Source: Octopus sinensis (Eukaryota). Taken from it: DNA of 64,000 nucleotides. Shown piece after piece: positions 25,140 to 38,870 of this stretch (the first letter of the stretch is position 1; each line of letters opens with the position of its first letter). The notes under the pieces are model-generated. The model was not told the origin of the DNA and searched no databases. It was given only the letters and a program-made list of their open reading frames with translations. The translations under genes and the position numbers were made by a program. The stretch covers positions 37,510,001-37,574,000 of the forward strand of contig NC_043014.1 of assembly GCF_006345805.1 (NCBI RefSeq), read 5' to 3'.

Positions 25140-26165
25140 CAGGGGTCGCCAAAGGAGGCCTGAGGGACCCCCTAGGGGTCGGCGTGGAATTACAGGGGGT
25201 CGATGATAAGCAAGGGGTCGAATGGGGGTCGGCCTGCGAAAGACCAGCTCACCCAGATGAATTGCTTAAAATAGTTAGTCAGCGCCATGATCATCCCTCA
25301 CATCAATGTTGTTAATTTCAATGAAAGATATTCCAGTAATATGTTGCGTTTTTCACATTTTCTAACCGTGAAAACAACTTCATAAAAATTGAAAGTTCAG
25401 TGCTATGTACTCGTACACGTAGTTTTAAATGTAAAAAGTCAGTCATCCTCAATAGGATTTCTTAATTTGTCGTACATGTATATTTTAGCTAACATTTTAA
25501 TTGACAGCATCAGTATCCGGTATGCATTTAAAATATGGTAGGATAGGGTAGGGTATTAAGATATTTTAAACGAGGAGGGTGGTTAATGTGGAAGGAGAAG
25601 TAGCTAAAGAGGGTCGATGCTGAAGGAGAAGTGGATAAAGGGGGTCGATGCGGAAGGAGAAGTGGATAAAGGGGTCGATGCGGAAGGAGAAGTGGATAAA
25701 GGGGGTCGATGCGGAAGGAGAAGTGGATAAAGGGGTCGATGCGGAAAGAGAAGTGGATAAAGGGGGTCGATGCTGAAGGAGAAGTGGATAAAGGGGGTCG
25801 ATGCGGAAGGAGAAGTGGATAAAGGGGGTCGATGCAAAAGGAGAAGTGGATAAAGGGGATCGATGCGGAAGGAGAAGTGGATAAAGGGGTCGATGCGGAA
25901 GGAGAAGTGGATAAAGGGGGTCGATGCAGAAGGAGAAGTGGATAAAGGGGATCGATGCGGAAGGAGAAGTGGATAAAGGGGGTCGATGTGGAAGGAGAAG
26001 TGGATAAAGGGGATCGATGCGGAAGGAGAAGTGGATAAAGGGGTCGATGCGGAAAGAGAAGTGGATAAAGGGGGTCGATGCGGAAGGAGAAGTGGATAAA
26101 GGGGGTCGATGCGGAAGGAGAAGTGGATAAAGGGGGTTGATGGTCAAAACAGATTGGTGACCCTG
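25140..26165. mobile_element. hAT-type non-autonomous element containing a minisatellite
   Basis: TIR CAGGGGTCGCCAA / TTGGTGACCCTG. 8-bp flanks GTATAGTG/GTACAGAG. Confidence 0.7.
25585..26140. repeat. Minisatellite, 28-29-bp unit GTCGATGCGGAAGGAGAAGTGGATAAAGGGG(G), about 19 copies
   Basis: Direct reading. It explains the repetitive ORFs 25528-26199 and 25566-26147. Confidence 0.95.
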
Positions 26166-27115
26166 GTACAGAGTATTTACTTTCCAGGTCTTTTCTCAAA
26201 ATAACTGTAAATCGTTCTGGGGTAGTGGTGTGTGTGGTTTCTGATCTTGATACGGCTTTTCGAGGTACGTTATACCGCCTGCGGTTTAATGTAAACTTGC
26301 AAGTTTAGGCGCAGGAGTGGCTGTGTGGTAAGTAGCTTGCTAACCAACCACATGGTTCTGGGTTTAGACCCAATGCATGGCATCTTGGGCAAGTGTCTTC
26401 TGCTATAGCCCCGGGCCGAATAATGCCTTGTGAGTGGATTTGGTAGACGGAAACTGAAAGAAGCCTGTCGTATATATGTATATTTATATATATATATGTA
26501 TGTGTGTGTTTGTGTGTCTGTGTTTGTCCCCCTAGCATTGCTTGACAACCGATGCTGGTGTGTTAACGTCCCCGTCACTTAGCGGTTCGGCAAAAGAGAC
26601 TGATAGAATAAGTACTGGGCTTACAAAGAATAAGTCCCGGGGTCGATTTGCTCGACTAAAGGCGGTGCTCCAGCATGGCCGCAGTCAAATGATTGAAACA
26701 AGTAAAAGAGTAAGTTATCATCCTACGTTCTGCTAGAGTCTTAAGACAATTTTTTGTTTGTTTCTACGTTAGTTGTCCGTGTTTAAAGGCAATTAACTTA
26801 CCTGTTAGTATCTTGTAAAACCATAGATAATTTATCATAAAGTCGCAGTTATTGGTTCTCTTTTACTCTTTTACTTGTTTCAGTCATTTGACTGCAGCCA
26901 TACTGGAGCACCGCCTTTAGGCGAGCAAATCGATCCCAGGACTTATTCTTTGGAAGCCTAGTACTTATTGCCGAACCGCTAGGTTACGGGAACGTAGACA
27001 CACCAGCATCGGTTGCCAAGTGATGTTGGGAGGACAAACACAGACACACAAACATATATATATATATACATATATACGACGGGCTTCTTTCAGTTTCCGT
27101 CTACCAAATACGCTC

Positions 27116-27277
27116 ATGTTGTCTTGTCAATTGTCAGTTGGGAAGAGAAAGCTAATGGGTTGTGCGTGCGTGCTTGTTCCTGTGTGTGTGTGTGTGTGTG
27201 TGCGCGTACTTATTCTTCTGTGTATATGTGTGTTTGTTCTGTTTTTTTAGTATTTATATGTTGTGGAATGTAGAAAT

Positions 27278-27313
<36 letters not shown>

Positions 27314-27369
27314 CAAGCACGCACGCACAATCTATTAGCTTTCTCTTCGCAACTAGACAACACAACATG
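27116..27369. repeat. Inverted repeat (about 65-bp arms) enclosing (TG)n and (AG)n
   Basis: CATGTTGTC...GTGCTTGTTCCT vs AGGAACAAGCAC...GACAACACAACATG. Confidence 0.75.
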
Positions 27370-27634
27370 TGGTCACTGCAATGACCGATTAAGTGTTTAC
27401 ATTATTCCGAGTTAAAACGAAAGGTTGCCAGTTATTTTTTGTAACTTGATCGATCACAGATACCATTAAGTCAGTAGGTTTCCTATCGATTCGAGTTATA
27501 ATCGTTCTTTCATGTAACTGTTCTAGTAAACAGCAACGATATGTTTATATTTACATACATACATAAAAATAGTTACAAATCGATCGCAATTATCACTAAC
27601 TATAAGGAGCATGGAATACAAAGAAAAAATACAC

Positions 27635-27716
27635 TGGCAGCGATGGGATTCGAACCCACGCCTCCGAAGAGACTGGTGCCTAAAACCAGCGCCTTAGACC
27701 ACTCGGCCACGCTACC
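27635..27716 (-). tRNA. tRNA-Leu (anticodon TAG)
   Basis: 82-nt GGTAGCGTGGCCGAGTGGTCTAAGGCGCTGGTTTTAGGCACCAGTCTCTTCGGAGGCGTGGGTTCGAATCCCATCGCTGCCA. A and B boxes, long variable arm, and a T6 Pol III terminator downstream. Confidence 0.96.
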
Positions 27717-28528
27717 ACTTGTGTTTTGGCATCATGAATAAATATGTCATGATTAAGCTAAACAAACGTGGTGCAATTCTAAGCTGTTATGTTTCCATAT
27801 CACGTGGTTTACTCATTCAATGACCGGGTTATTTATTACATATAGGAAGCTAGTGTATTTTCGTTTTTCACCCAACACATTTCACGTTTTACACTTTCGA
27901 GTCAACACTAGCTTGACAATCTTAATGACTGTATCTCAATTCAGAATTTTCGAACCAAGTTACCAATGATCTTTATCCTTTATGACACAAAAGTTGATTT
28001 ATTATATCATTTATTTACTCTTTTACTTGTTTAAGTCACTGGTTAATTTATGTTTAGTAATTATAGTTAGATGTATAACTGAAGTGTTAAAGCGAAAGTA
28101 GAGTGAAACTTGGAAGTGAAAAGCGATTAAGAAAATTAGGCGAAATAATATTAGGGACCTTTTAGGATCGAAATCAGTAGATTTCGTCTGATTGAATCTT
28201 GCTGTAGAAAGACCTAAATCAGGGATTCTCAATCATTTTTTACTTATGAACTCATTTGATTGCTATTTTATTCTAGTGTCTCCCCACTCCCATAGTCATA
28301 CAATGCTTAAAACCTAGTTTTATAGATATTTCTTTCAAAATTCCTATTTTGTTTTTCACACATTAACTTGTGTAGGTTGAACTATGTAAATTGTTAGAGA
28401 AAGAAACCTGGCTGTTTCTTTGCAATGCATACCTAAACAGACATCTAAAGCAAAAGTTTTTCAGGGGCTTTTCAAATAACTATTGTGGAGCCACAACCTA
28501 CTATTTTGTTGCGTGGACTCCCAAAACT

Positions 28529-28944
28529 GGAATCTTTTCGGTTTGAACGGCAGTTTTTTTCTAGCGGTGTCATATGAAATTGTCACCCATAATTATGACC
28601 CTAATATCGATCTATTGCATTTCAATCTGTTTTAGGGTTAGGGGTGGTGGGAAGGGTATCTTTTTTTCTTCAGAAATGTAAATAAACCCAATCTATTTCT
28701 TAAACGAGGGACATATTCATACGGCACAGAATGTTTTTACCTCAATAGAAGTCATTGATTGGTTGAAATTGCAGAATTTGAAGAAAAAAACCCAACAAAT
28801 ATCTTACAAACTATAGAATTTTTTGAATAAAGCCAAGAGAAAAAGATGTTGTATAAACACATTCTACCAGTATACGAAGTTTAAAAGTGTTTAGTTACGT
28901 GGAAATTATTTTTAAAAAACTGCCGTTCAAACCGAAAAGATCCC
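28529..28944. mobile_element. MITE, GGGATC-TIR family
   Basis: TIRs present. Flanks AAAACT/AAAAAT. Confidence 0.8.
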
Positions 28945-31348
28945 AAAAATGTTATATGGACCCCAGTTCCACTGACCTAAATGTTTAAAAAGTCTTAAAC
29001 ATAAAATCTTTTATCTTTTACATATTTCAGTTATCGGGCTGCGACCATGCGAAGGCACGCACGGCCTTGAAAGGTTTAGTCGAACAAATCGACTTCATTA
29101 CTGTTTTTTTTTTTTTAAGTCTGGTGCTTATTGTATCGGTCTCTAATGCCGAACCGCTAAGTAACGGGTACGTAAACAGCGGCTGTGACACACACCTGCG
29201 CACGCACACACATACACACATATGACGGGCTGCCGGGCAGTTTCCGTCTTCACTCACAAGACGTTTGTCGATCCAGGGTTGTGGTAGAAGACATTCCCCA
29301 TGATGCCACGCAGAGAGACTGCACCCCAAATCATGCGATTTCTAAGATGACTTCTTAACCACACAGCTCAAATATGACCAATACATAATCAGAGAACAGT
29401 AGCGCACGATCGTGCACTACTGTGTAATCACAGAAGATGGCTTTCCTAACTTACTCTATGTGCTCAGAGTGTTATAAGACGCACTTTTTATATTTTAAAA
29501 TATATCAAAAATATTTCCATTCGTTTAATGCAGTGGTTCTTAACTTTTCTTGTAGCGCCCCACTTTAAAGTAGTTGTTATGTCTATTGGCGAGTGAAATA
29601 TCTATTTCTTTACTAGCCACAAGGGGCTAAACACAGAGAGGACAGACAAACAGATTAAGTCGATTATATCGACCCCAGTGCGTAACTGGTTCTTATTTAA
29701 TCAACCCAGAAAGGATGAAAGGCAAAGTCGACCTCAGCGGAATTTGAACTCCGAACGTAACGGCAGAAGAAATACGGCGAGTGAAATATCACGACTAAAC
29801 TAACTTAACATAGATTATAATTTATAAAAGGGATTGTATTAGCTTTTAACAGTGAAATGATAAAGAAATTAATACAGACAAAAGTTGTAAATATACTTTA
29901 TACTTTGCAAGTTAAGGACTTCCCGGTACCTGCTGAGATCTCATTTTATTTTGATAACCATTGCTGGTTTTATCATGTGTAATATATTTACTACGATAGG
30001 TAAAACTTATTTATGTTAATTATGTTACCCCACCACCCACTGAAACCTAACGCTTCCTTTCGACAAGCTTAACCTCTGGTCTAATGCGTCTGTATCGCCC
30101 ATGGGAGATCCGAGTGTTGTAGGCTAGGAAGCCGGATGAGCACTCATTCAATGACCGGGTTATTTATTACATATAGGAAGCTAGTGTATTTTCGTTTTTC
30201 TTAACGTATATCGACAGTTATGTGTAGAGGTCACATCATCTCATTATACTTCCTTCCCCAACATGCATAATCCACACCTGATATGTGTCTTACGTCTTTT
30301 AATGATTGTGTTTCCTTTAAGAGATATGAAAAGAATGTTGAAAAATTTTCAAATCACATAAAAGCTGTTCACAATGCGTGGATGACAACAAAATCATAGC
30401 TGTGGTGCGTTACACTAATGACCGATCGTAGTTGCATAAACCATTACAAGAAATGTGAATTGTACATCTTGTATGGCAATTACCTTGATCAAAATATCAA
30501 CATCTTTACAGTTGAACTGAAAGAAAATAAAGTTTCAATACGGTACTTCCATAACGTAGTTTATTTATGATAAATTTATGCTTTCATACTTTATTCCGAT
30601 ATACTGTCACAACATTTTATTTTTGCACAGAATCGTGCGTTTTTCATTACGAAACTATTTCAAAACATCTTTTGTCTTTTCTTCGTTTCATTCATTGAAC
30701 TGCAGTGATACTAGGGTATAAAGGAGCTGTCTGGAACAGGTTGTGTCTTTTACACTGTTTGGGTGCAACACAATTTCCTTCTTTGTTTCCAGAAACTACC
30801 AGTCAGGAACAAGAAAGCAACCTTAAAAAATATGACACTTTATTTTGTTATTTACATAAAGAAGGCACGTTGGTAAATTGGTAACCACTTGGTGTAGGTA
30901 CAGCAAGACTGAAGTTAAACACTTGTAAGATAAACCTCACAATAACTCCAGCAGTAACAGAGCCGGTCAAATCCCAAGCGTCTGGGACAGGAGAATAGGC
31001 TAATAACACGTTAAACACGTCTTCTCTCTTCAACGAACGTCATAGAATCCTTGTCCCCAGTTTTTTAGCGCATGTGCATTAGGGAACTTCCTTAGGCCTT
31101 TCCAGAAGGTTCCAGCCCCGCACACGCACACTGAAGAATGACGTCACTACAAAGGCTACACCTTAAGGTTTAGTAAAACAAATGGACCCATGTTATTTTC
31201 TTTTAAAGCCCCGTACTTATTCTGATAGATCTTTTTTTTTTTACGGAACCGCTAAGTTACGGGTGCATGAACTAACCAACATCAGTTGTCAAGTCGTGAT
31301 GGTGGTGGGAGTTGACAAACACAAAGACACGCGCACGTACGTATAGAC

Positions 31349-31496
31349 CAGTGGTTCCTAACCAGAGGTCTGCAGAGGTAGAACTGAGGGTCCGTGAACA
31401 TGTTAAGCTAACAGACCATTCAATATCCTGGAGTCCCTTGGAATTAAATGAGTTTTCCAAAGGGGTCCTTGGTAGTGAAAAGGTTGGGAACCACTG
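31349..31496. mobile_element. Short hAT MITE inserted in a SINE
   Basis: CAGTGGTTCCTAACC / GGTTGGGAACCACTG. Flanks GTATAGAC/ATATAGTC. A related element lies at about 48640-48837. Confidence 0.7.
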
Positions 31497-32322
31497 ATAT
31501 AGTCAATGGGCGTCTTCCAGTTTTGGATGGCCCAAGGTCTATAAAAGACGCTTGCTTAAGGTACCACTGAATGGGACTGAAGCTGGAACCATATGGTTGA
31601 GAGGCTAACTTCTTAACATACAGCTACGCCTGAAGCGTATGACAAAACTCTAAATTTATTTTTTCCACAAAATAAACTTTGTAAAATAGTGGTACGTCTT
31701 ACATGTAGGCAAAGACGGTAATTGCCACCATTCGTCACATCTGAAAAATGTTTAATCATTAAAAATTTTTCGTAAGTCTCAGGCATTGGAGTTTAAACTT
31801 GGCGGAGCCCATTCTTCTTCAGGTCTGAACGCATCCGATTTCTTCCAGAAAGAAAGGGAGATATATAAAGACTGAAATAAGGAAGAATGTAGAAGTATTG
31901 AACTGGTATTTTTATTATCAATACTGGAGCGATGAAATGTGAGGCTGACTTCCGTGGGATTTAAATTCAGAATGCAGAGAGAGGACGAATACTGCAAGGG
32001 GTTTCTGTCCGTCATTCTTACAACTCCTTCAACTCCTCGCCTTACTGATAAAACTATGATTCACTAAAGTGGTTCAACAAGCGCTTGACTGGTGTTTATT
32101 TTCTCGATCACAGCAAAATTTGAACTCGGAATAGAGCTAGAAGAAGTGTGACCAAGCACTTCGTCCGCTGCGCTAACGTCTCTGCCAGCTCACTGCTTTA
32201 GCTTTCATATAATAAATAATTTAGTCAGAAGATGAATTAATCACATGACACAAATACATAATCACTTATTCGTTTAGATTAGTTAGAGATATTTACAGAT
32301 AATGGCAAGCCAGGTACAATGT

Positions 32323-32404
32323 GGTAGCGTGGCCGAGTGGTCTAAGGCGCTGGTTTTAGGCACCAGTCTCTTCGGAGGCGTGGGTTCGAATCCCATCGCT
32401 GCTA
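32323..32404 (+). tRNA. tRNA-Leu (anticodon TAG), second copy
   Basis: Identical to the 27635-27716 copy except that it ends GCTA instead of GCCA (first acceptor pair G-U). A TTTT run follows. Confidence 0.94.
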
Positions 32405-33179
32405 GTATAACTTTTATTTATATCAGTTATTGTTTGTAGTTGTTTCTTTGTTTTCTGTTGCTGACTATGGACGTTTTTTTCTCTCTCTTGAAATTATATT
32501 TTGTGTTGAAAGCCTAGATTGACTAACTGAATCGAGTATCTTGCTAAGTGGTATGTGAGGGGACATGTGTACTGAATTGTAGAGTTGTGGGTTTCGATTT
32601 CTAGACTCTGAGTCTATGTAATTTGAGTAAGTTTGGTCTATAATATATATATATAGTTGGGTAGGCCGGTTTATGGGGTTACCCTGGGTTTCTCACTCAT
32701 AAGGGGTTTACTTTTACAGCATATCTTCAGACCCCAAACACTGCTGGCCTGAAATTTTTTTTAAATATGGAGGAGAAAAAGTTTCGTTTTTAAGGGTAAG
32801 ACCCTTCGCCCTTGTCCCTTGATCTTCGGCTGCGCTGCCATCAAGTATATATATTTATTTATACTTGATTGTTTATCATCTGAAAATTTTTGAGTCTACC
32901 TTCTCTTTTTACATGTTTAGCTGGGAGGTTGTGTCTCTGGCCCTTTTACTACAAATTTTTGCTTCTCACAAGTTGCATATTAAATGATGGAATTATCCAT
33001 TCGGATCTAGTCTATTTCATTCGCAAAATGAGCCCCCTTTAATTTTGCTCAGATTGCTTTCAGTTTTGGTGTGTCGATGCAACTTTGAATTTTGATTACG
33101 ATCAACTAATTACTTTAACTTGTAAGTTGAAGAATCTGATGTTATTCGGAATTAAAGTTGGGAAATTTGGATAATTTTA

Positions 33180-33226
33180 GCCAATCAACAGACAGCGAGG
33201 CATTAACAGCTTGTTACTATGACAAC
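33180..33226 (+). promoter_or_regulatory. Candidate promoter of the CCDC66-like gene: CCAAT box plus RFX X-box
   Basis: GCCAATC at about 33180-33186. GTTACTATGACAAC at 33213-33226 fits the X-box consensus GTHNYYATRRNAAC and lies upstream of the first candidate exons. Confidence 0.55.
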
Positions 33227-33827
33227 CGCACATTGTGTTGTGTTTTACCTGCATGTTGTGTTGATTCTTCAAACCACGAGATTTACTAAACCCGCGTTTT
33301 GTTTAAATAAAAATTTATATTTATCAATTAGAATTTTATAATAGATATTTTTTGTCAGTTGTCTTAATATTTTACATATTTTTCATATATAGCAAATGTT
33401 ATTTGTGATGTTTATACAGTTTCTTGGCATTGTGGAGGTGAATGGAATATGTGAACTTAGTACAAATAATTTGACATTTTTGAATTCTGCATGCAAAAAC
33501 ATATAAGATACAGGTATTCTTTTTCTTGGGACAAATTCTCTGTTGACCAGTGTTATTCTTATCGTAGTTTACAACTCCAAGCATGAAAGCATTACTCAAC
33601 TTTGAAGTTTTGGAGACAGACGCCCCCTTTTCACACATACACACGCACTTATATATTAATGATGTACACAAATACTTGACAGGTATACATAATACTGAAA
33701 TACGCATTAAGTAAACATGCAGACAAATATATTAATATAACAAATTGAAAAAAGTAATAATAAAAGCATACAATCAATGAAGAGACAAAAGAAACAGTAA
33801 GATGATACATCGTAATTTTATTAGGTA

Positions 33828-34226
33828 CTAGCAGTATCGCCCGGCGTTGCTCGGGTTTGTAAGGGAAATAACTATATAAGCATTTTTAGAGAGTTATAGC
33901 CAAAAAATAGCAAAAAAAATGCATTAAAAATGGAAAAAAAATTATGGTAAATTTTTTTTTAAATCGTTGACTCATCGTAGACATTTTTAGAGAGTTACTT
34001 CCCTTATATAATAGCGAAAATAATGCATTAAAATGGAAAAAAATGATGGTAAATTTTTTAAAAATCGTAGACTCATCGTAGACGCGCGCTAATACCCAGA
34101 AGGGCTCGATATGAATCACGACTATAAGATACCCGGTTTTGGTTAAACTGCACCGCAAAATGTGGGAGTAGTTTGGAATCTAAATCGTAGGAGACAGACA
34201 CACAACTTGACTTTTATATATAAAGA
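33828..34226 (-). mobile_element. Non-autonomous Helitron, same family, with an internal tandem duplication of about 100 bp
   Basis: Reverse complement of 9851-10155 with the same TC...CTAG termini. Confidence 0.8.
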
Positions 34227-36023
34227 TTTCTGTTTATTTAGAAACTTACAACGAAGATGCCAAACTATAAATTCCACAGGGTACAACCTTAAAGTTGACA
34301 CCGCTCCATTAAACGCAGAAAATTTCTATCTCGCTATTGGCTAAAAATACAGTTTTTGCAATTTTTAAACCTCTGTAACTTTTTCCTCCACAACATCATA
34401 CCTTTATAGCAATTAGACTGGAAAATTATACTATTATAGCCGATTTTCAGGTTTTTTACTGCTTTTAAAAAATGCATATTTTGTGAATGAAAAAAAAACT
34501 AGATCTCTTTATTCTTCAGTTAAATAAGATTATATAACAAACCAGATAAATACATCACAAACAAAATATGAACTGTAGAAAATCATTCATAGCTGGCCTT
34601 TCAAATTCAGTTGGACATGGTTACACATGCTTCAACAAGAACAGAAAGAACATAACGTGGCTTTCTGAAAACAAACTCTTCCCTTGCCTGCTATGTCTCA
34701 CCTCATCAGTGAAAATGAAAAATATCATGCTATTACAGTTCTATATTTAAGAGATGAGGAATTATGTACAATGTTTACATCTGATGGATATTTGTCCTCA
34801 TCTTGTTTGTTGTTAACACAACATTTCATGCTATTAATTGACAAAATGTGGTGTAGGCTAACGTTTCTAATTTGCCACGCCTCGTGGTCTATTGCACAAT
34901 GTGATTGGATACGCACTTCATCTCCCGCGTAAAACTAGACCAATCCAAATGCTTGACTTGACAAAATACTTCAACGTCACATGATAGGTGGCATGACCAA
35001 TCATTAGAGACTTACGCCTGGAGCCGATTTCCAAGTACTTATATCATCATCATCATCATTTAATGTCCGTTCTCCATGCTAGCATGGGTTGGACGGTTCG
35101 ACCGGGGATCTGGGAAGCCAGAAGGATGCACCAGGCTCCAGTCTGATCTGGCAGTGTTTCTACGGCTGGATGCCCTTCCTAACGCCAACCACTCCGAGAG
35201 TGTAGTGGGTGCTTTTTACGTGCCACCAGCACAGGTGCCAGGCAAGGCTGGCAACGGCCACGATCTAAACATGTAATTATAAAATTAGTCTCACTACACA
35301 TGTATACATGAGTATATATTTTATACATTTAAATTAAGGTTTTATCTGTTTATTTGAATCTTCGTCTCATTGTCTCCATATCTTGTCACTTGAATTACCC
35401 TTATAGCTACTCTTTACCCTGCTGACTTGGTCTTTAGTGAAGATATCAGAGTGTAAGTTCAAATCATTTGAGTGCTACAAGTGCTTTCTATACTGAAATT
35501 CTCTCGCTCTGTCTGTTGACTCTGAGTGAAAGAACTTGTTTAAATGAGAATATAAAAAAAGGAGAAAGCAAAGTCTTCAGTGTGAGTAAGTGGTTTGTGG
35601 GGTCGACCGCTTCCTCCACTTCATTTTTTTGTAAATCACTCATTCTCATTTAATTGTATACATTTTAATTGTTTGTTTATTCATACGTTTCGTCTCATTC
35701 GATTCCCTGACCCCAATGTTTGTTTTGTCTGTCCTCGTATTGTCCCCTCTTTTCCTCAACCTTATGATGAATAAAAAATTCTCTGTCTCTCTTTGTCTCT
35801 CTCTTTCTCACTGCCTGTCTGTCTGTCTCTCTCTATATATATGTGTGTGTGGATGTGTGTGTATATGCACACAGCACATACAGTTGGGCTTGTATTTATT
35901 GAGTAACAGTTTGAGTTAGCCCCCGTGTTAACGAAAGTTTTGTAGATGTGGGAAAAAAATTATATATATATACACACACAGACACATGCATTCATATGTA
36001 CATACACACATACATATATGCAT

Positions 36024-36054
<31 letters not shown>

Positions 36055-36263
36055 TACACAGAGAGAGAGTTCTAAAACTCTGAATGATTAGAGTAAAGTT
36101 TATTTGCCAATGTAAAGTGGCAAGCCTGTTTAGGATGAACATTACTGCTATTTAGCCCCAGGAAAACATCTCCAGCTGGCTATCGACACACTAACTGCGT
36201 CCTTATATTTTCGAACAAGGGATGGTGTGAGACAACACAGACACAAACACACACACACACACA

Positions 36264-36294
<31 letters not shown>

Positions 36295-37376
36295 CATATC
36301 AGTTTTCTTTTAGTTTCTGTCTACCAGATCCACTCACAAGGCTTTGATCAACCCACGACTATAGTAGAAGACACTTGCTCAAGGTCCCATGCAGTAGGAC
36401 TGAACCACAAATCATGTGGTTGGGAAGCAAACTTCTTACCACACGGCCACACCTATCAATAAAAGGAAAGAAAACAATGTCGCAACAAATGACACAAAAG
36501 AATATTTATGCCAAGCGAGCTAGTTTGTGTGTGTATCCATGAGAGATGTGTAAGTCAGTAACGACAATAACTGTGATTGGGTACACCATCTATGTATAGC
36601 CATGATCAGTCAAAGAAAAGGCACCAAAGACAAAATCATTAATGACAATCCCATATGTCGTTCATTCACAAATGTGATCTAATGAGCTAGGCATCTGTTC
36701 TATTGTTTTCACTGGTCAACTATCTGCTGATAAGAAAAGAAAACAAGCTCTTGATGTGTCAACCAGAGATTTGACTGGGTAATTTTTTGTTGATGTCATC
36801 AATTCTTGACAGAATTCTGTTTGTTGGTTATCATTATTTCCCCATCTGAACACAGTGGTTTTGGGTTCAATTCCTAGGCTATAAGTTAATGTTTAGGACT
36901 CTGCCATTATTTCTATTATAGTGCCTCACAGTAGGATCAAACTTGGAAAGCTTATGGTTGCAAAGCAAATTTCTTAATCCCTCATCTATTCTTGCAATGT
37001 TGAGTTTTTATTTATAACTGTTGATTGACATTTGTCTTTGGGATTAGTTGTTAGGTTTTAATCAATGGCTGGCAGTGAGTACTGAAGGAGTAGGATGCGA
37101 CAGACATAATACAATAAACTTGATGATAATTACATCAGTTCAATGTGGTATGTTGTGCTGACAATGTATTGTGTACCTTGACATTGTTGAAAACATGAAC
37201 TACATGGAGATTATAGCACATTCAGAATCTACACCTCCTCCCTTTCTCTCTCTGTGTCTTTCTGTCTCTGTCTCCTGCACTCCCCCTCCCCCTCTCTCTC
37301 TGTCTCCCTCTCTCTCTCTCTCTCTCTCTCTCCACTCCTCCCTCCCTCATTCTCCGTTTCTTTCCTTCTTGTTTAG

Positions 37377-37429
37377 ATCTGTCAGGTCTGCTTGAACTGG
37401 AATCTACTTTTGAATTTTTGTATGAACTG
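37377..37429 (+). CDS. Candidate early exon of CCDC66-like gene (xLSGLLELESTFEFLYEL)
   Basis: Long pyrimidine tract ...CCTTCTTGTTTAG| and donor CTG|GTAAAA. Phase 1 to 0, compatible with the exon at 41826. Confidence 0.4.
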
Positions 37430-38446
37430 GTAAAAATAGAATCACAATAAATCAATAACCATTGAAAAAGACTATAGAAACATAGATATTAGCAGAGTTA
37501 CTTACTTTTTTTATTCTTTTATTTGTTTCAGTCATTTGACACTGCGGCCATGCTGGAGCACCACCGTTAGTCGAGCAAATCGATCCCAGGACCTGTTCTT
37601 TGCAAGCCTAGTACTTATTCTATCGGTCTCTCTTGCCGAACCGCTAAGTGACGGGGACGTAAATACACCACAATTGGTTGTCAAGCGATGTTAGGGGGAC
37701 AAACACAGACACACATACATATATATACATATATACGACGAGCTTCTTTCAGTTTCCATCTACCAAATCCACTCACAAGGCTTTGGTCGGCCCAAGGCTA
37801 TAGTAGAAGACACTTGCCCAAAGTGCCACGCAGTGGGACTGAACCCGGAACCATGTGGTTGGTAAGCAAGCAACTTACCACACAGCCACTCCTGTGCCTA
37901 TTTACTTATTTTTGTTTGTTTGTGTGTGTGTATGTGTGTGTGTATGTGTGTGTATGTGTATTTGTGTGTGTATGTATATATATGTGTGTGTGTGTAGATA
38001 TATATATGTATACACACACACATATAAATTTTGCTAAATTTAGATATACATCCCCCCCCCCCCTGTACACTTAATGCCTGCTCAGATCTCATTATGACCT
38101 TCTTTATTTTCTATTTTAGGCCCCTTTTAATTGATAATCACAATATAGTTTAAGTCACCCCTGTCCTTCCTCATTCTGGTTATCACCTATATACCATTAT
38201 CTTGCTAGCATCATCTGAGGCATATTCTTTTATGTGGACATGGTGAATTTATAGTCACAGTAAAATACGGGCGGGGAAGAGTATTTGACATTAATTAATT
38301 TATCACCAGTAAGAACTTGCTAAAATTATAATGGAGTATCCTGAGTGTTGCAAACCTGTATGGTCTCATGCATCCGAGGAAAGTGGTTACTTCAAATTAA
38401 TGCTTGCATTGATCAATTAAATGGAGCCGCTTGAAATGGCTATAAT

Positions 38447-38870
38447 GGGATCTTTTCGGTTTGAACGGCAGTTTTTTCTAGCAGTGTCATATGAAATTGT
38501 CACCCATAATTATGACCCTAGTATCGATCTATTGCATTTCAATCCGTTTTAGGGTTAGGGTTAGGGTTAGGGGTGGGGGAAGGGTATATTTTTTCTTCAG
38601 AAATGTAAATAAACCCAATCTGTTTCTTAAACGAGGGACATATTCATATGGCACAGAATGTTTTCACCTCAATAGACGTCATTGATTAGTTGAAATTGCA
38701 GAAATTGAAGAAAAAAAAACAACAAATATCTTACAAACTATAGAATTTTCTCAATAAAGCCAAGAGAAAAAGATGTTTTATAAACACATTCTACCAGTAT
38801 ACGAAGTTTAAAAGTGTTTAGTTACGTGGAAATTATTTTTAAAAACTGCCATTCAAACCGAAAAGATCCC
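38447..38870. mobile_element. MITE, GGGATC-TIR family, TSD TATAAT, internal (TTAGGG)n
   Basis: Near-perfect TIRs GGGATCTTTTCGGTTTGAAcGGCAG. TTTAGGGTTAGGGTTAGGGTTAGGGG at about 38548-38575. Confidence 0.85.

Noticed and set aside
25528-26199. 223-aa and 193-aa Pro/Ser-rich ORFs
   Set aside because: They are translations of the 28-29-bp minisatellite inside a hAT element.
31139-31146. CRE palindrome TGACGTCA
   Set aside because: It also occurs at about 51601 and 55762 within repeats, with no supporting promoter evidence.
34640-34715. CTGATGA...GAAA on the minus strand
   Set aside because: No stem II or stem III pairing, so it is a chance core match. The same applies to CTGATGA at 18486.
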